This document shows, in pieces, positions 25,526 through 39,992 of a stretch of 64,000 nt of DNA (the first letter of the stretch is position 1; each line of letters begins with the position of its first letter). Under the pieces are notes generated by a model. That model ran no database searches. It was not told the DNA's origin and worked only from the letters and a program-made list of their open reading frames with translations. Source of the DNA: the human T2T-CHM13v2.0 reference genome, Homo sapiens; NCBI RefSeq assembly GCF_009914755.1, contig NC_060930.1. The stretch is one strand, 5' to 3'. The position numbers and the translations under genes are program-made.

Positions 25526-25737
25526 AAGGTAACTACAGTTAACAATAACTTCTTGTACATTTAAAAATAACTAAAAGATTACAATTGGAATGTTTATAAT
25601 ACAAAGAAATGATAAATTCTTGAAGTGATGAGTACTCCATTTACCTGATGTGATTATTACACATGGTATGCCTGTATCAAAATGTCTCATGCACCCCATA
25701 AATCTATATACCTACTATGTACCCATAAAATTAAAAG
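25526..25737 (+). mobile_element. L1MA (MA4/5-like) 3' end
   Basis: TGATGTGATTATTACACATGGTATGCCTGTATCAAAATGTCTCATGCACCCCATAAAT...CCTACTATGTACCCA. Confidence 0.88.
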
Positions 25738-25769
25738 CTAAAGTTTCTTTAAAAACCAACCAACAAATG

Positions 25770-28700
25770 AAATTGTATTTTAAATATATTTTAAATGCAC
25801 AAATCACAAATTTATAGCTTGATTGATTTTTACAAGTGAACTTACCTTGATAACAATTAACCAGATCAATAAATAGAGTCACATCAGCATCTTGGATGCT
25901 TCTTATCTCTTCCTAGTCATTACTCCTCCTAGTCAAGACCAAACACAATCTTTATTCCTACTTTTGTCGGTATTAATTAATTTTAATTGTTTTGAACATC
26001 ATATTATTGGAGTAATACAGTATATACACTTTTATATTTTTCTTTAACTCAGTATAATGTCTATGGGATTGATTCATGTTGTTATTTGCAGTACTATGTA
26101 GTATTCATTGTATGAAAAGACCACATTTGTCAGTTCTATTGTTGATACATACTTGGGTTGTTTCTACTTTTGTGGTATTTTGAATAATGCTTCTGTGATC
26201 ATATTCAGTACATGCTTTGGCGTACGTATAAATCCATTACTCTTGGGTTTCTACCTACAAATGGAGCTGCTAGGTGACAGGATATGTGTATGGTCGGTGG
26301 ATACTGAGAGATTTTCTAAATGTTTGTGACAATTTACTCTCACATTAGCAGTATATGATTGTCCCTGTGACTCCACATCTTCCTAATACTTTTCAGTTTT
26401 TAAAATTTTAACCCATACTAGTAGGTGATCGATCATACATATAGTTCTGTTATTTAAATGGCCATTTCTCCAATAATTAATGATATTGAGCACTTATGGC
26501 CATTGGAAGTATGGACATTCACTGTGGTACATGCTTTCCCATCTTTTACCATTTTTAATTGGATGATATCTCTTTGTCTTCAATTTGTGGGAGAGTCTTT
26601 TCTTGGATTTATGGATTACAGAGAACTTCTAATTTGAAGCTTACTTTTTCATTCTCTTGATGACCTTACCTCATAAGCAGGTTTTTAACTGTAATATAAT
26701 GCAATTTATATGTCATTTATTTTAGTGTTAGTGCTTTCTTGAGTCTTCCTTAAGAAATGTTTTTCTAACCCAAAGTCATGAGTGTGTTTTGGTATATTAA
26801 AAATCTACAATCTTTAATTTCTTTATCTGTAACAATTAGATCTATAATACTTTTAAAATTGATTTTGCATCTTGCCTATGAAAGACTGGGCTGTAATTTT
26901 TCTTGCTTGTAATAACCTTATTGGTTTATACTTTTACTTCAAACTTCACATTTTGTATTTCAAGTATGTTTCCTGTAAATAACACACAGCAGAAATTTTC
27001 CATCCTTTGCTTTAATTGGCAAGGGTAGTCTATTTACATTTCATGTCATTACTGGTATATTTGTATTTTTTTATTCATACTATTTTGTGGTATCTGTTTT
27101 GCATTTTCTATGTTAGTTTTTCAGTTCTCCTTTTGGATTCTTAATTATTACTATTATCCTATTATATCTCCTCAACTATCATACTTGCTTTCTCACCTTT
27201 TACAGAAAATCTTTAAAATTTTAACACATACACATTTAGAAATTAACATTAATATGTTTATCATCTTTCTCAAAATAATCCAAGGATATTATAATGATTT
27301 AACACTATTACCTCCTATTTTTATACTTGCTATTTTTCTAGTGTTTTGGTAACACCTATTTTTTCAGCTTCTGAAATTAGATGTTGTAATACTGCTATAT
27401 TTTTAGATTTGCCCACATAGTTACCAATTTTTCTATTTAACATTTCTTTTTTCATCTCAGCTCTTCCATCCTTTTTTTCCTCAAATACATTTTTCAGAAG
27501 TCCTCTACTGACTATTCACTAGTAATAAGCTCTCTCAAGTTGTGTTGAAATTTATTTATTTTTGCTTTATTCTTTGATACTAGTTTAGCTGAGTATACAA
27601 TCCTATGTTGACATTACTTTCTCTCAGCATTTTGAACACTCATTGTACATATTTTTTATTTCCACCCTTGTTCTTGCTGTTGGTCCAATTGCTTTTTTTG
27701 TAGGCCAAGGTTTCCTTCTTTCTTTTTAATCTCTGACATTTTAATATCTGCCTTTATCCGTGATATTTTGCAGTTTCTCTAGATTATGTCTGGTATGGAG
27801 ATACATGTACCTATGCACAAATACATGCACATGCATACATATATACAATTCTGCTTGAGATTTATTATTCTTGAAGTAGAGTTTTATCTTCCATTAAGTT
27901 TGAAAAATCTGTTATTTCAGACATTATCTATCTCTTTGAATATTCCTGCCCCATTTTGTATATTCATTCTTTCTGGGAATCTAATTTAATATTTGTCATT
28001 GTCATCCTATGCCTAATATCTTTAACATATCTTTTATATTTTCCACCTCTTTTTGTGCTCAGATACAAATTTGTATCTTCAACTGTGTATTTAATTTGCT
28101 ATTTTATTTTACGTTGTTTTTAATATCTGTTATTTTCTTTTTTGTTAGATATTATAGCGAGCTCTCCCTCTTATTTTGATAGTACTTTTTTTCTTATTTC
28201 CTACACAATTTTAATTTCCTTGAGCATTTTAAATAGAGAACATATTTATATGTTATCATTTTCCAAATACAAATAGATAGTTTATATTTTGTTTTCAACC
28301 TTTTATTTGGGAGATGTCTCTTTTTGCTGTTTGTTGCTCTTCCTGATTCACTATGTTGACTCGTTTTATTGTATAGTTTACAACTTTGGTATGTACTTTC
28401 TGTGGCAACACTGAAAGCCTTGAGATGAAAGTATATTCAGAGAGAATACATATTTGCTTTTGGCTGGTGTCTATGGTAAACAGTCCAGGCCAACTCTAAT
28501 AAAATGTGTTGACCTCGAGTTTCTTTGATATTATCTATGGTTTATAGTTAAACCCGAAACCACAGGTTGGTAAAATGGTGATTACGAAGAATTCTTTATC
28601 CCAACCCACACTCTGACCCCCAACACGGGTAAATTTTCTTAATTCCCTGGGCTTGTAGTTAGACTATTTTTCAAGACTCACTCTTTCACGCATAGCATAG

Positions 28701-28900
28701 GCTTTTGAAAGTCTTAGTTTCATATGAAGTGTTTCTCAATTCCAACTCCCAACTTTCTTCTTGGCCTCATGACTCCATCAATCCTAAACATCAACATAAT
28801 GCTGCTACTTTGGTTCCATCTTTCTTCATTTTTGGATTCTAGGGATTTTTCTTATTGTGTTTAATCTCAGATATATACCTACAAGAATTATGAGTTTTTT
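25770..28900 (-). mobile_element. ancient L1ME/HAL1-like fragments
   Basis: T-rich antisense L1: 3'UTR/ORF2 end at about 25770-26870 (GATTCATGTTGTT, TGATATTGAGCAC), then ORF1/5'-like sequence to about 28900. Confidence 0.7.
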
Positions 28901-29584
28901 GGTCTCCTTTATTTTAAAGTGTTTTTTTTTTTTTTATATAGGAGATTTTCTAAGACATCTAATCCACCACATTGGTAGAAACAAAAAAAGGATATATATT
29001 TTTAAATCTACTAAATATTTCACAGTCTCCCATTTACATTTTCAGTTTTGCCTCAATGACATATGACTCTACATAATCATTAAAAAAATCCCAACTGACC
29101 TCATGGTTTGAATTGTTGTGTTTTGCATGTGATAACTTTTATGTCTCAAATTAAAAACCTGATTCTTTCTGCCTGCATTTTTTTAGGTTGGTATCTATAG
29201 GGCAGTTTCTCAAAGGTAGTGTCATGACTCTTAAAAATTCACTTTGATTAAACAATAATGAAAAAGTGCTTTACTTTCCCTTCTTTATTTTCTTCACTTC
29301 CAACTTGTGAGTGTTCAAGTACTTAGGTTTTTAGGAACATTGATTCACCCTCACATTTACAGCTTTGTTTCTAAATTTGAACAGTTTATTTTTATCACAC
29401 AGAGGACCTTTTTCTGTAAGAACTGTTCATTGTTTATGGTCTAAACTGGAGTTGAAATAATTATAGATTTTGCTTTTTTTTAAATTAAGAGAGGTAATGC
29501 AAAGCATTATGATTATGTTACTTTACTATGCCATCACTGGAAACTAAGGTTCATGAACATTAATGAGGAAAATCTTTTCCCTAG

Positions 29585-29907
<323 letters not shown>

Positions 29908-30362
29908 AACAAACGCTTTTTACTGTATATAGTTTTCCCAAATGAAATGTTATTATCATGAATTCCTCCTAGAATTTGAATCTTCCTCATAGGTATAAAA
30001 CAATGTTCATGTTTGTTTCAAATGACACCAAAGAACACAAATATTTTACTTATTATTCATAGGATTTCAAAATATTAGAAATGAGATGAATAAAGTTCTG
30101 ATCACATTGAGTATCTGTTGAATTTTCTTTCAGAAACTGGAAGCACTGTACCTCTTGAGGCCCCCTCATCTCATTTTAGAATACGTTTAATTAAAGGTTT
30201 AACTTGGAAGTCAATTAAAGTACTCTGTCCTTTGACAACTATATTTTAGAACAAGAGAAGATCTTGCATACCTCCCGAACTCGCCAGGGATTTGGACAGA
30301 GTGTGTGAGATGGGGTGCAGACTGTAGTTTCCAGCTTTTCAGCTTTCTCTGTGGATAGAAAC

Positions 30363-30775
30363 TGATATAATTTGGATGTATGTCCTCACTCAGATCTCAT
30401 GTTGAAATGTAATCCCCATTGTTGGAGGTGGGGCCTGGTGGGAGGTGACTGGATCATGGGCGTGGATTTCACATAAGTGATTTAGCACCGTCCCTCTTGG
30501 TACTGTCCTTGTAATAGTGCGTTCTCATGAGATCTGGTTATTTATGTAGCACCTCCCCCACTGTCTTGTCCCTGCTTTCGCCATGTGACCTGCCTGCTAC
30601 CCCTTTGCCTTCCACAGTGATTGTAAGCTTTCTGAGGCCTCCCGAGGACCTGAGCAGATGTCAGCACCAAACGTTCTAAAAAGCCTGCAGAATCATAAGC
30701 CAATTAAGCCTCTTTTCTTGTAAATTACGCAGTCTCAAGTGTTTGTTTATAGCAATGCAAGAACAGCCTAATACA
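30363..30775 (+). mobile_element. MSTA-like MaLR solo LTR
   Basis: TGATATAATTTGGATG...GTTGGAGGTGGGGCCTGGTGGGAGGTGA...GCAATGCAAGAACAGCCTAATACA; TSD GAAAC/GAAGC. Confidence 0.92.
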
Positions 30776-31294
30776 GAAGCTGTCTTTGCTGAGTTACACT
30801 ATTTCCAAAGCTTGTTCTTTATGGGTGGGTTGTGCGCCATGCACTGTAACTCACCCCTTTTCTTGATGTCCATAAGGAATCACCACTCACACGAGACTCT
30901 GTGTATCAGAGTATACTAAACTTTGAGGAAGTAAAAGGGATGTATTTCACAAATTACAGCACTTGTATAAGTGTCTATACACCTTTGTTATACAATCTCA
31001 TGATAATTCAAAGATAATGTCAATGTGTGTTGATGATTTTACCATGGTTACAAATGTAGAATGATTTCTCTGTTTAGTCTGTTTAGAACATACTCCCTTG
31101 TGAGTTAGTACAAAGCTCCCTGTCCCTTTCTGAAGATGCACAGCTGTCCAGGCCTCAGGCAATCAATCTCAGGATCACCTGCAACTCATTGATGACTTAT
31201 TGAAGTGCCACATGTAGCTTTGAGGAAGATCGAGTCAGTTAATTAGTTAATTACTTGGTTAAAGAAAATAGAGCACACTGGGAAAAAGAAGACC

Positions 31295-31530
31295 ATATTT
31301 GAGAGTCCAACTTATATTTTGTTCAGATCCTGGCATTATCAACTGCTAGCTCTCAGAGGGAAATTATCTAATCCACCTCTATCTTTTTGTCCTCATCTCT
31401 AAAAGTGGGATAATAATAGTAAAATTTATTGAGCTTTTTGCAAGGACTAAAACATGTCAGTGGATACATATAAGACACTTAGAACATTAACTGGCACATA
31501 GTTCTAAAAAATCATAATCTATTATTATTA
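31295..31530 (+). mobile_element. MIR SINE
   Basis: CCTCATCTCTAAAAGTGGGATAATAATAGTA...CTTAGAACATTAACTGGCACATAG. Confidence 0.8.
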
Positions 31531-32149
31531 AAGTTAAGGCCTAGTCATTCATTGTATTGCCTGATCAGCCAAATGAGTCACAATGTTTTACAAGATGACA
31601 TTTACTGTTGAAGATACACACACACACATACGCATACACACATATGTATATATTGGGCTGTAGCCAATAGTCATGAGAGCAGAATACAGTACAGAAGCCG
31701 AATTCAGGGTCATTGGCAACACCCAACCTTGTTCTCTTGCTCTGGCAAGATTCTGTGAGTTGCCAAATGTGCTTTCACAGGTTCTTTTCTGCTTAAGCTA
31801 GCCAGAGAGGATTTGTTGTTAGTAATTGAGAGCTCTGACTGATAAAATGTTGAATAAATGAATTCCATCAAGCCTGTTCTCCTGTTCCTTTCCTCGCAAA
31901 GCCCAAATTACCTCAGACATTCCTCATTTTCGAAAAGACTTTGCCCCAGAACGCCAACATTCAGAGAACCAAATTCAAAGCAACAGTTGTAAGAGCTTAG
32001 TAACTGTCTACTAAGTATAGTTAACTTATCAAACTCCCAGACTGGCATGGATTTTTCATATCCATCTTTAAGCCACATTGTCAATGGTAAATCACTTTGA
32101 GGACACAATTAGGGTTGCTTATCCCAGGACCAATATTACTAGCTATGTC

Positions 32150-32350
32150 TCTGCTGATGTTCCTCCAGCTTCACTGGTGCTTTCCTCTGAATGCTTGATA
32201 CTTGTCCCAGTTCTTAAAGCATAGTGTTGACAACTGAAAGGAATATACAAGATGAAGCCTGATGTTTGCAGCAAGAAAGGAATTATCATCTCTCTGATAC
32301 TGGATGCTACACTTTTACCAATGTAGTCCTAATTCATATTAGCTTTGTTA
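32150..32350 (-). mobile_element. L3/CR1 fragment
   Basis: TTCTTAAAGCATAGTG...ATCATCTCTCTGATACTGGA...AATGTAGTCCTAATTCATATTAGCTTT. Confidence 0.55.
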
Positions 32351-32414
32351 TTAGACTTAAGTTATGAAGTATAACGATCAATGGTTAAAGATAAAATATG
32401 AAAATTACAAATAA

Positions 32415-32732
32415 AGCTGGGTGCAGTGACTCACGCCTGTAATCCCAAAAGCCTGTAATCTGATCACCTTGGGAGGCTGAGGCGGGCAGATCGCTTGAGC
32501 CCAGGAGATCAGGACCAGACAGGGCAACATGGAAAACCCCCACTCTACAAAAAATACAAAAATGTAGCCAGGTGTGGCAGTGCATGCCTGTAGTCCCAGC
32601 TACTCGAATGGCCAAAGTGGAAGAATCACCTGAGCCCGGGAAGTCAGGGTTGCAGTGAGCCATGATTGTGCCACTGCACTCCAGCCTGGGCTATGGGAAA
32701 GAGACCCTGTCTCAAACCAACAACAAACCAAA
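32415..32732 (+). mobile_element. AluJ
   Basis: GATCGCTTGAGCCCAGGAG, GCAGTGAGCCATGATTGTGCCACTGCACTCCAGCCTGGG, GAGACCCTGTCTC; TSD AAAATTAC(A/T)AATA at 32401 and 32733. Confidence 0.94.
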
Positions 32733-35344
32733 AAAATTACTAATATATTTTACTCTAATACATGCCTCCCCTGAAAAGAAGAAGAGTCTGTGAATAAGAT
32801 ACTGTTTTGTGGAACCACATCAAATTCCAGATTCTAGCTAATTATAATATTTTCTTGAGGTCCATTTTTGTTACTTCTAAATCAATGGCATAATAGAATT
32901 ATTTATTCAAAGAAGGTAGAGTGCAATTTAAACATAATAAAAAATCATAGGTTTACCAAATGTTGAATTCCCAGTTGGCTAGTAAAAATGGTGATTCCCT
33001 GCCCTGTCCTTACTCCAAAAGCAAGATCTAGGTGCTTTCATGTATACTGAAGTTTCAGAGTCAACCATAGGAATTCTTTCCGTGATGGAGAATGTTGCAC
33101 TTGTAATGATTCACAGCTAGATTGCAAGATGAAATGGATTTTAAGCTACAAATTTGAGCCTGAAACATTGGTTCTAGACTTTTGATTCTGTGGAAAAGTA
33201 ATCTGTAGTTAGACAAAATGATAAAAGATCTTACTTTAAAATGTTCATATATTCCAATATAGTATTAGAGTAAAATATTTTCAAATGTTTTCAGATATAT
33301 GGGCAATAAAATACTATTTTTAAATAGTGGACCCCAATGAAGAAACATACTAGAGAAGTTATTAAAATATTTTGAATTTTTTACTGTTTTCCCATTGCAT
33401 ATTGCATGCAAATATACACATGTTGGAGACATAATTTAGATTAATTGTTTAATGAAATAATGAAAAAATATTGATGAGGAAAGTAGAAAAATCAGTTTGA
33501 TATTGACAGAAATTTAGATAATATAAACTAATAAACCTGATAGGTTCCAAGAAAATACAAAGTCTTTGTATGTTGAAATGGTGTAAATAAAAGATGTTTC
33601 TGAGGGTTTGCCTCCGTGTTTTTATGATCTTCAGAAAGGCAGCATCTGCTGGCAGTGAAAAGAGGTCAAAGGGGGTTTGGTGAGAGTAGTCATGAAAATA
33701 TATGGTAACTTGGCTTGTTGCATTATTACTAGTTCATAGTTTTGCTGAATTTTTAATTGCATCAAATACTAAATGTTAAGCTAATGTCCAGTATTTTTAG
33801 GTCATAGGCAAGGTGAAAGGAAAAAAAAAATTAAAATGATCTCAACTCAGAAAAAAGGTTTATAAAGCTAGACAAGTGAGTAGCACATGGCTGCATTAGT
33901 AAGAAGCCTGAAGTTTATTTGAGGCACAGAAGGACCCAGTGTGCTCGTCTCCCCCTGTGAGGGGTTTAGTCATTTGGCTTGAAAGGCTTGTCATTTTGAG
34001 ATTGAGACAGATTTAAAGTTTCTCAAAGCATGACCTTTTTTTATTATTATTCTTGATCAACTCAGGCTAAAATTGAAAGCATAAAGACTTGAGAACAATT
34101 TCAAAGCTTTTACTTAAAAATACCTTTTAAACGGCCATGCAGGACATTCTGCTAACGTATTTTTACTTTCGTGTTCACAGCAAAGTTTAAGGAATTTGAA
34201 ATCTCCCTAGTTTGGAATGTGGTTCATGTAAGTGCTCTTTCATTTTAGCAGCACATTTAAAGTATCACTAATGAAGAACCAATTTAAAAATTAAATTCAC
34301 TTTCACATCTTTTTAAAATAAAATTTGAATAGGTTAGTATGTCTGCAAAATTAATATCCTATTAGTTTAACTTTTCTCTAATGGATGAATGCAATATATG
34401 ACCATAGAGGTTTTTATTTGCCTTAAATCTATATAAGCTTGAAATACAGTCTTCTTGATAAATGAGGTTACTAGAAACTAAATGGGAATTCTTATTTGCC
34501 ACCACAGTGGTGACATGAAGAATCACAGCCTTTAGCTCAGGGCTACTAAGCTCTTAATAATGAGAGAAAGGTGTTCCATCTTCACCTATGGTAGACCCAC
34601 AATTGCAATGAATAAAAATAGCTGCCAAGACTTCTCCAAAAAATATTCATGACAGGGAGAAAAATATTGATTTTAAATGCCAAGAAATAAAATATCTTCT
34701 AAAGTGTTCATTTCAACCCAAGTATTATTTTCCAAAAGAAACTGAATGGGCTGTAAAGTGTTTCAGAGCACTATTTCACGTTTAACTTTTTTTTCAAGAA
34801 AAAGTTCAAAGCAAGAACTTGTAATCAGTCTCTCCAGTTTATCTCTCTCTTTCTCTCTCAATTTTCTCTTTCTTATATATATGCAAACTCTCCTTCTTTC
34901 TCTTCTGCTCTCTCATTCTCTTTAAGAAAAACCTCATGTTTAGGAGAAAAACAAGCTTTATGAGAATAAAATGGGTTTAATTGATGTTTTCTTATTTTAA
35001 GCAGAATATTATAAGCTAAATAATGTCTGTAAAGTATGAAATATGCAGATGGGACATTATCTTTGACAAGAGCATCAAACCATGTCTCAGCTCTCATACT
35101 TTGGCGTACACACTTCTCTTTCATGTGGTATCAAATTATATTATTATATGAGATGTATATTAATAATCTGCCTTTAGACACAATTGGGCTTGATTATTTG
35201 CCATAGCTTACTACATAAATTGTGCAAGTATTATAACATGAATGCTAGCAAATTGCCAAAGGCAAGAAAGAAATTGGGTCATTGAAAAATTGTGTTGGAC
35301 TCCTCTTTTGTATTATTCCAAATTTTCTTAGCCCCAACTTCAGC

Positions 35345-36233
35345 CGTTGTAGTGGGAATTATTTATGTACAAGCTTCAATCAGATTCTAACAGGGGCAAC
35401 CTGAGAGGACATCCCTCTAGGCTTGTGTAGTCATACTTCCTGCCTACTTTATGTATTAGACTGTTCTTAGGCTGCTAATAAAGCCATACTTGAGACTGGG
35501 TAATTTATAAACAAAAAGAGGTTTAATGGGCTCACAGTTCCATATGACTGGGGAGGCCTCAAAATCATGGCAAAAGTTGAAGGAAGAACAAAGTCACATC
35601 TTACATGATGGCAGGCAAGAGAGCATGTGCAGGGGAACTGCCCTTTATAAAACCATCAGATCTCGTGAGGCTTATTCACTATCATTAGAACAGCACTGGA
35701 AAAACCCACTCCCATGATTCAATTACTTCCTACCGGGTCCCTCCCACGTCACGTGGGGATTATGGGAGCTACAATTCAAGATGAGATTTGGGTGGGACAA
35801 AGCCAAACCATATCACTGTCCTTGAGCTTCTTTGAAACTATCTCATAGAACATGTTGGAAATAAATAAATAGATAAATAAATAAAACTAACAAAAAAACA
35901 GCCAATATTTATTCACATGTGACATATGGAAGTATGGGAGTATTGATGTCCATGAGGGCATCTTGATTAATGGGAGACTGAAGCCTGTGACGATGATGCT
36001 TCTTTTTGTCTCCTATATGGATGGTTTAGAGATGCACTTCATAATGCTCCTCAGAAGATCCAGAGTACACCAGTGGCCTGTAGCGGTGGCGATGTAGTCA
36101 TGCATTCTTGATTGGCTTTCCCTGCTTCTGTCTCATATCTGCTTCACTACCTTTGCCCTGTGGCCTAGTATCACTTTCTGAAGCTGCCTGTGCTTGTGCT
36201 TCCTCTACTCTTGGGAGATCCTAGAGTAAGACA
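35345..36233 (+). mobile_element. LTR16-like ERVL LTR, interrupted by THE1
   Basis: CCTCAGAAGATCC...GTAGCGGTGGC...ATTGGCTTTCCCT...GGGAGATCCTAGAGTAAGACA terminus. Confidence 0.6.
35452..35815 (-). mobile_element. THE1B/C MaLR solo LTR
   Basis: TGTATTAG...GAGACTGGGTAATTTATAAA...AAAACCATCAGATCTCGTGAG...CAATTCAAGATGAGATTTGGGTGGGAC...CCAAACCATATCA. Confidence 0.95.
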
Positions 36234-39200
36234 AACTGATTCCAAATCGGTGATGCTTTTTAGCATTGAAGGCTGTGTAGAGATAATCAATTATTGAGGC
36301 ATTAATAAATTCCAGAATTTAATATAACAAATTATAACACTGAGATGAAGACTTTGATTTCTTGTTCTCAGTTACCTCCATCTTTGTCTACATGATCTGG
36401 GTGGGGCAGAAGTGATAGACAAAAATCCTCTGCTATGACTGGTCTTGATAATGTTCTGGATAGCAGAGCAGCCCAGAAAAGCTATTCTCCTTATTCTAAA
36501 CTCTGGAAGTTGTAACCCGAAGAATTACTCTAACATTCTACCATGATTGTCGATTTAGCTTAAATTTTTCTAAAATTTTTAGTAGTGGAAATAAATCATG
36601 GTTTTCACATAACACCTACAAAAAGACCAAATGATAACTCTAAAGGATATGACATATGAAAACTATAAAATATCATAAAATTAAATATTTGAATGGTAAA
36701 TGAGCTTTTAAGAGACTAGAGAATACATTGCATAATTCAATTTCATTTTATATTTTAACTCCCTTATTGTGGCTTCGGTATTATTACTGTCCTTGATTAA
36801 CATTTGTGAGTTTAATTTTAAGCAGATTTTCTTATATAGCCTGAATTTTTTATATTTATTATTTGTATAATTTGAAATGGATGAAAATATTTAAAACAAA
36901 ACAAAAGTATAGAGTAAAAACCCTTCCAATATTATATTAAAGGAGACTGTAATTTCAAAAGAAAATATTTGCAGTGAAATTTTTAGGCTAAGCCACATTA
37001 CTCTTTACCATCAGAAAGTCATTGTGAAATTTTATGTAAGAAACGAAACAATTATTTTATTTCCTGGACTTCCACTTAGGTCATGTTAATAGATGTAGTC
37101 CAACAATTTTGACCAAATGAAATATTTAATCAACTAAGTCAAAATGTTGAAATTTTATGTCAAGATTTATATTCAATTCCTTAAAAACAACTGAGTATAA
37201 GTCAAAGTTGGCTCTAAAACTCATATAAAATTTAAAATATAGAATTTTAGATGTTATCAGGCTAAGGTTTAACAATAAGGGTGTACTAAAATCCTAATTT
37301 GTTATAAGTAGGATATAATTGAAAGGCAGCAGAGACACTCTCCTCCACAAAACGCTTTCTTTCCTTACTTAATTCTGCTTGCCTGACAGAGTTGAGGTCA
37401 GAAATAAAATTAATACAAATGAAGAGTTAAGTATTATGCATGGCACATACTAGGCCTTTTACAAATAATAATTATAATTACTATTGTCATCACCATTTCT
37501 ATACCTCTGAACAACATAGCTGGGAAAGATGTAATTTCCATAATGGATGCCCTGGCTTTAAAAGGAAAGGATGAACTGGAATCTTTTTATTCTCCATCTC
37601 CTGATAACTCAATTGAGGATGCCGTGTAATAAGAATGTCTCATTTTTTAATGTGCTGTGAACTTGTGCCTACAACATTGGCGGGAAGGTTCCATACCTCT
37701 GGAAAGCAGGCGCGGCAGAGCTGCGGGGGATCCTGATGTGTGAAACTCTGAGCTGTGGGTTGCGTTTTCATTAAGTGCATTTTGCTTTCCTGCTGCTTTT
37801 CTTTCTAAGATCCACCCTGAAAAGCACAGGCCTCTTTAGCAAAATTAAGGAAAAAACAGAGTGATCTCTCTTTGGGCAGTAATCGTGTGAAACAGATTAA
37901 GAAATACACTTGCTCATGCCAGCAGGCAGCAACTAAATAATGACAAATGTTCACAGACCCAAATCGCAGGACAAAGGCAGCGTGCAATGTTAGTTGTCAT
38001 TATTATCTTTACCCACAAAGGTGTATGTGTGTGTGTTGAGGGGAGGGGAAGTGCAGAGAAACAGGAAAATAATTAAAAGGCATATATGGAAAAATGATAA
38101 GTTTGTAGAACAGGGGATTTTCTCCTGCCAAAGTCACAAAAAAAATAATTCCACTAAAAATACATAGCAGAAGTTTTTTGACCAAGCTACCTTTCCAGAA
38201 CTGATCTCGGTAAGTCAGGGTAATGGTCTTGAAGTTGTCTCAGGATAACCTTCAGCACAGTTGAAGATGGTTAATTTTTCCTCTCCTCTTCTTATGTCAT
38301 TACAACCAGATTTTTCTTTTGGGGAAGAATTTGTCCCAGGCTGAGGCAAAGTAGAGAGCAGTGTGGCTTTTTTTTTCCAGTTTACCTCAACTTCTTATTT
38401 TTATATGTCAGGTAGGAAGGGAAGAAAATAAAAACATGGAACACTCAAAACATGAGGAGCTGTGAAATTTTGTTTGTGGCCTACAAAGCCTCCTCTCTGT
38501 GCTGACCACAGTGAATGAAAGCAGGCTGAGGACACTATTCCTGGAATGGTGTGTCTGAGGGAAACTGCTGGCCAGTACCGGTCACCAGCATCCTAGATTC
38601 AATTATTCAATGCAGTATTTAACAAAAGTTAACTAGAGGAGGGCCATTGAATCCCTAGACTGTCCCTGAGTGGGCATAGGTTTGTCTCCTTGGGAAAACA
38701 AATCCAATCTTATTAAGACACAGAGAGACCATCAGAGTTAGAATGAAGTCTTTTTTTTTATTTTTTATTTTTTATTTTTGAGGATGTGATCTCAGAAAGA
38801 GAAGAAGCAAATCGTCAGTGAGGGAACAAAATAATCTTGTTGCTCAGGGTCTGTCTGTGTATCAGAAAATAGAAGAGTGCATGGGTAAGGTAACTTCAAA
38901 ATCAAGGTTTATAAGACCACGAAGAGACCTGTAGGAGCTATGGAAGCCGCAAGAGCTTCAGAAAGAATGATGGTTCCAAATCAGGAGGAATTCCTCTGGA
39001 TTTTCTCGTTGATAGGTGCCATAGGTGGCACCCTAATGGGTAGGGGGTAACATCTAGAAATATTGGGGCTATGTGAAAAGGCACCAGATGAACCAGCTAG
39101 CACGGTGCATCTGACCATGCTGTAAAGAATTCAAGCCTGAGAGTAATGACACTGGCCATGAGCAGAGTGAGGAGGGCCTGCCACATGAGAGACCAGGGCA

Positions 39201-39250
39201 GTACAGGGATGGCTTCAGGCACTGGAACAGCACCTTTGGAAAACCTAGAA

Positions 39251-39992
39251 CATTGTTCTAATGGTGGGTGTGCTTCTTCCCAAAAGGTGTTTTGAAAATT
39301 TACGAAGGCATTTTTTATTGTCACAGATTTGGGGGAAAGAGCCATTTACCGGGAGACTCTGGGTTGTCAGCCGTCCAGCATTGAAAAGGAAAAACAGCAT
39401 GTTGAAAAATTGTCTTAACTTTTTCGGGATTTTGAAATATCATATCAGATATTTTTGTGGATCACAAACCCCTTTTAATATACTGAGTCTAAAACATAAC
39501 TCCTTTATACATGTAAACACAAAGTAATTTTTTGTCTGAACATATGTACTGAACATAATGTAATGGAATATAAATATTGTATGACCTAGAGAAGATTGCA
39601 TTTTAATTTGTTCAGAACTTTAAAAGAATTGTCATATAACAGAAAATCCCATTACCAAAACTGTCATCATAATAGAATTTGAGTAGCCAATACACCTCAA
39701 TCAGCAGGCTTTTGTAGCTCTTTCATTCAAAGTATTTCTAATAGATACAAACATACGACCACTTCATTTTGTATTCTAGCGCAGTTCTTAAGCATTTACA
39801 TGTGAACTATACATTATTGTATGATAAATTACATCCCTATTTCTCCTTTACATGGCATGACGTTATATTGATTCTTTGAAATTGTACGTACTGGTTGATT
39901 ATATTATCTATGAATTTGATTTCAGAATAGTAGAGAGGATGTCAAATATTTGTAATGAAAGAAAGTAGGCTTGATAAGGCAGAGAATCCTTT
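39251..39992 (+). mobile_element. MER20B hAT-Charlie element, near full length
   Basis: TTTTGAAAATTT...TTGTCACA, TAAACACAAAGTA, GCATTTACAT, ATATTATCTATGAATTTGATTTCAG, collinear with the recalled MER20B consensus. Confidence 0.8.
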
